Assembly (NCBI RefSeq): GCF_016432865.1
Contig: NC_067402.1
Span: 268,088,001 to 268,152,000, forward strand
Reading direction: 5' to 3'
Source of the DNA: Antechinus flavipes
Taxonomy: Eukaryota
DNA length: 64,000 bases
Positions within the stretch are counted from its first letter, which is position 1, and every line of letters starts with the position of its first letter. The position numbers were made by a program, and so were the translations under genes. Under the pieces are notes generated by a model. The model worked only from the letters and a program-made list of their open reading frames with translations. It was not told where the DNA came from and ran no database searches. Shown one piece after another: positions 63,790 through 64,000 of this stretch.

Positions 63790-64000
63790 ATTTATCTGAA
63801 ATGCCACCTCTTTTTCATCAGATCAATAAAGATGACAAAAAAAGAAAAAATGTCAAATGGGGGGGCATTATGGGAAAACAGATGTATTAATACCCTGCTT
63901 GTGAAACTTTGAATTGATGCAACAATTTTGGAAAGCAATTTAGAACTTTTCTCAGGTGACTAAACTGTGCATATCCTTTGGGATATCTAGACATATCCCA
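63790..64000 (+). mobile_element. Old L1 ORF2 3' fragment
   Basis: aaagatgacaaaa...aacaattttggaaagcaattt...aaactgtgcatatccttt. Confidence 0.65.

Overview
AT-rich marsupial genomic DNA, probably dasyurid (Tasmanian-devil-like), inferred from WSINE1/Mar1/MIR CORE-SINEs, marsupial L1 3' ends and RTE, L2 and L3 relics. It comes from a draft assembly with four N gaps. Roughly half the window is decayed transposable elements. The one clear gene signal is a CpG island at about 36.0-37.7 kb. It holds a minus-strand first exon (ATG CTG CTG CGG AAG | gtaagg = MLLRK). I cannot name the gene, and its downstream exons are unconfirmed. Positions 1-37.3 kb are therefore probably intron 1 or the gene body, and 37.7-64 kb is upstream flank. 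There is no prokaryotic-type system, CRISPR array, rRNA or tRNA gene, and I found no evidence for a new multi-gene system. The best second-look items are: (1) a recent 176-bp locally templated insertion that replaced part of an L1, copied from an L2 relic 3.1 kb away; (2) a 251-bp polyadenylated mRNA-like retrocopy, plus a nearly pure poly(A) insert, both inside one Mar1 SINE; (3) a 1.1-kb composite minisatellite grown inside a hAT MITE; (4) an antiparallel LTR-in-LTR nest; (5) a promoter bracketed by CA/TG repeats with a possible overlapping uORF. Repeat family names come from recalled consensus motifs, not a database search. Repeat boundaries are approximate unless target-site duplications (TSDs) are quoted.
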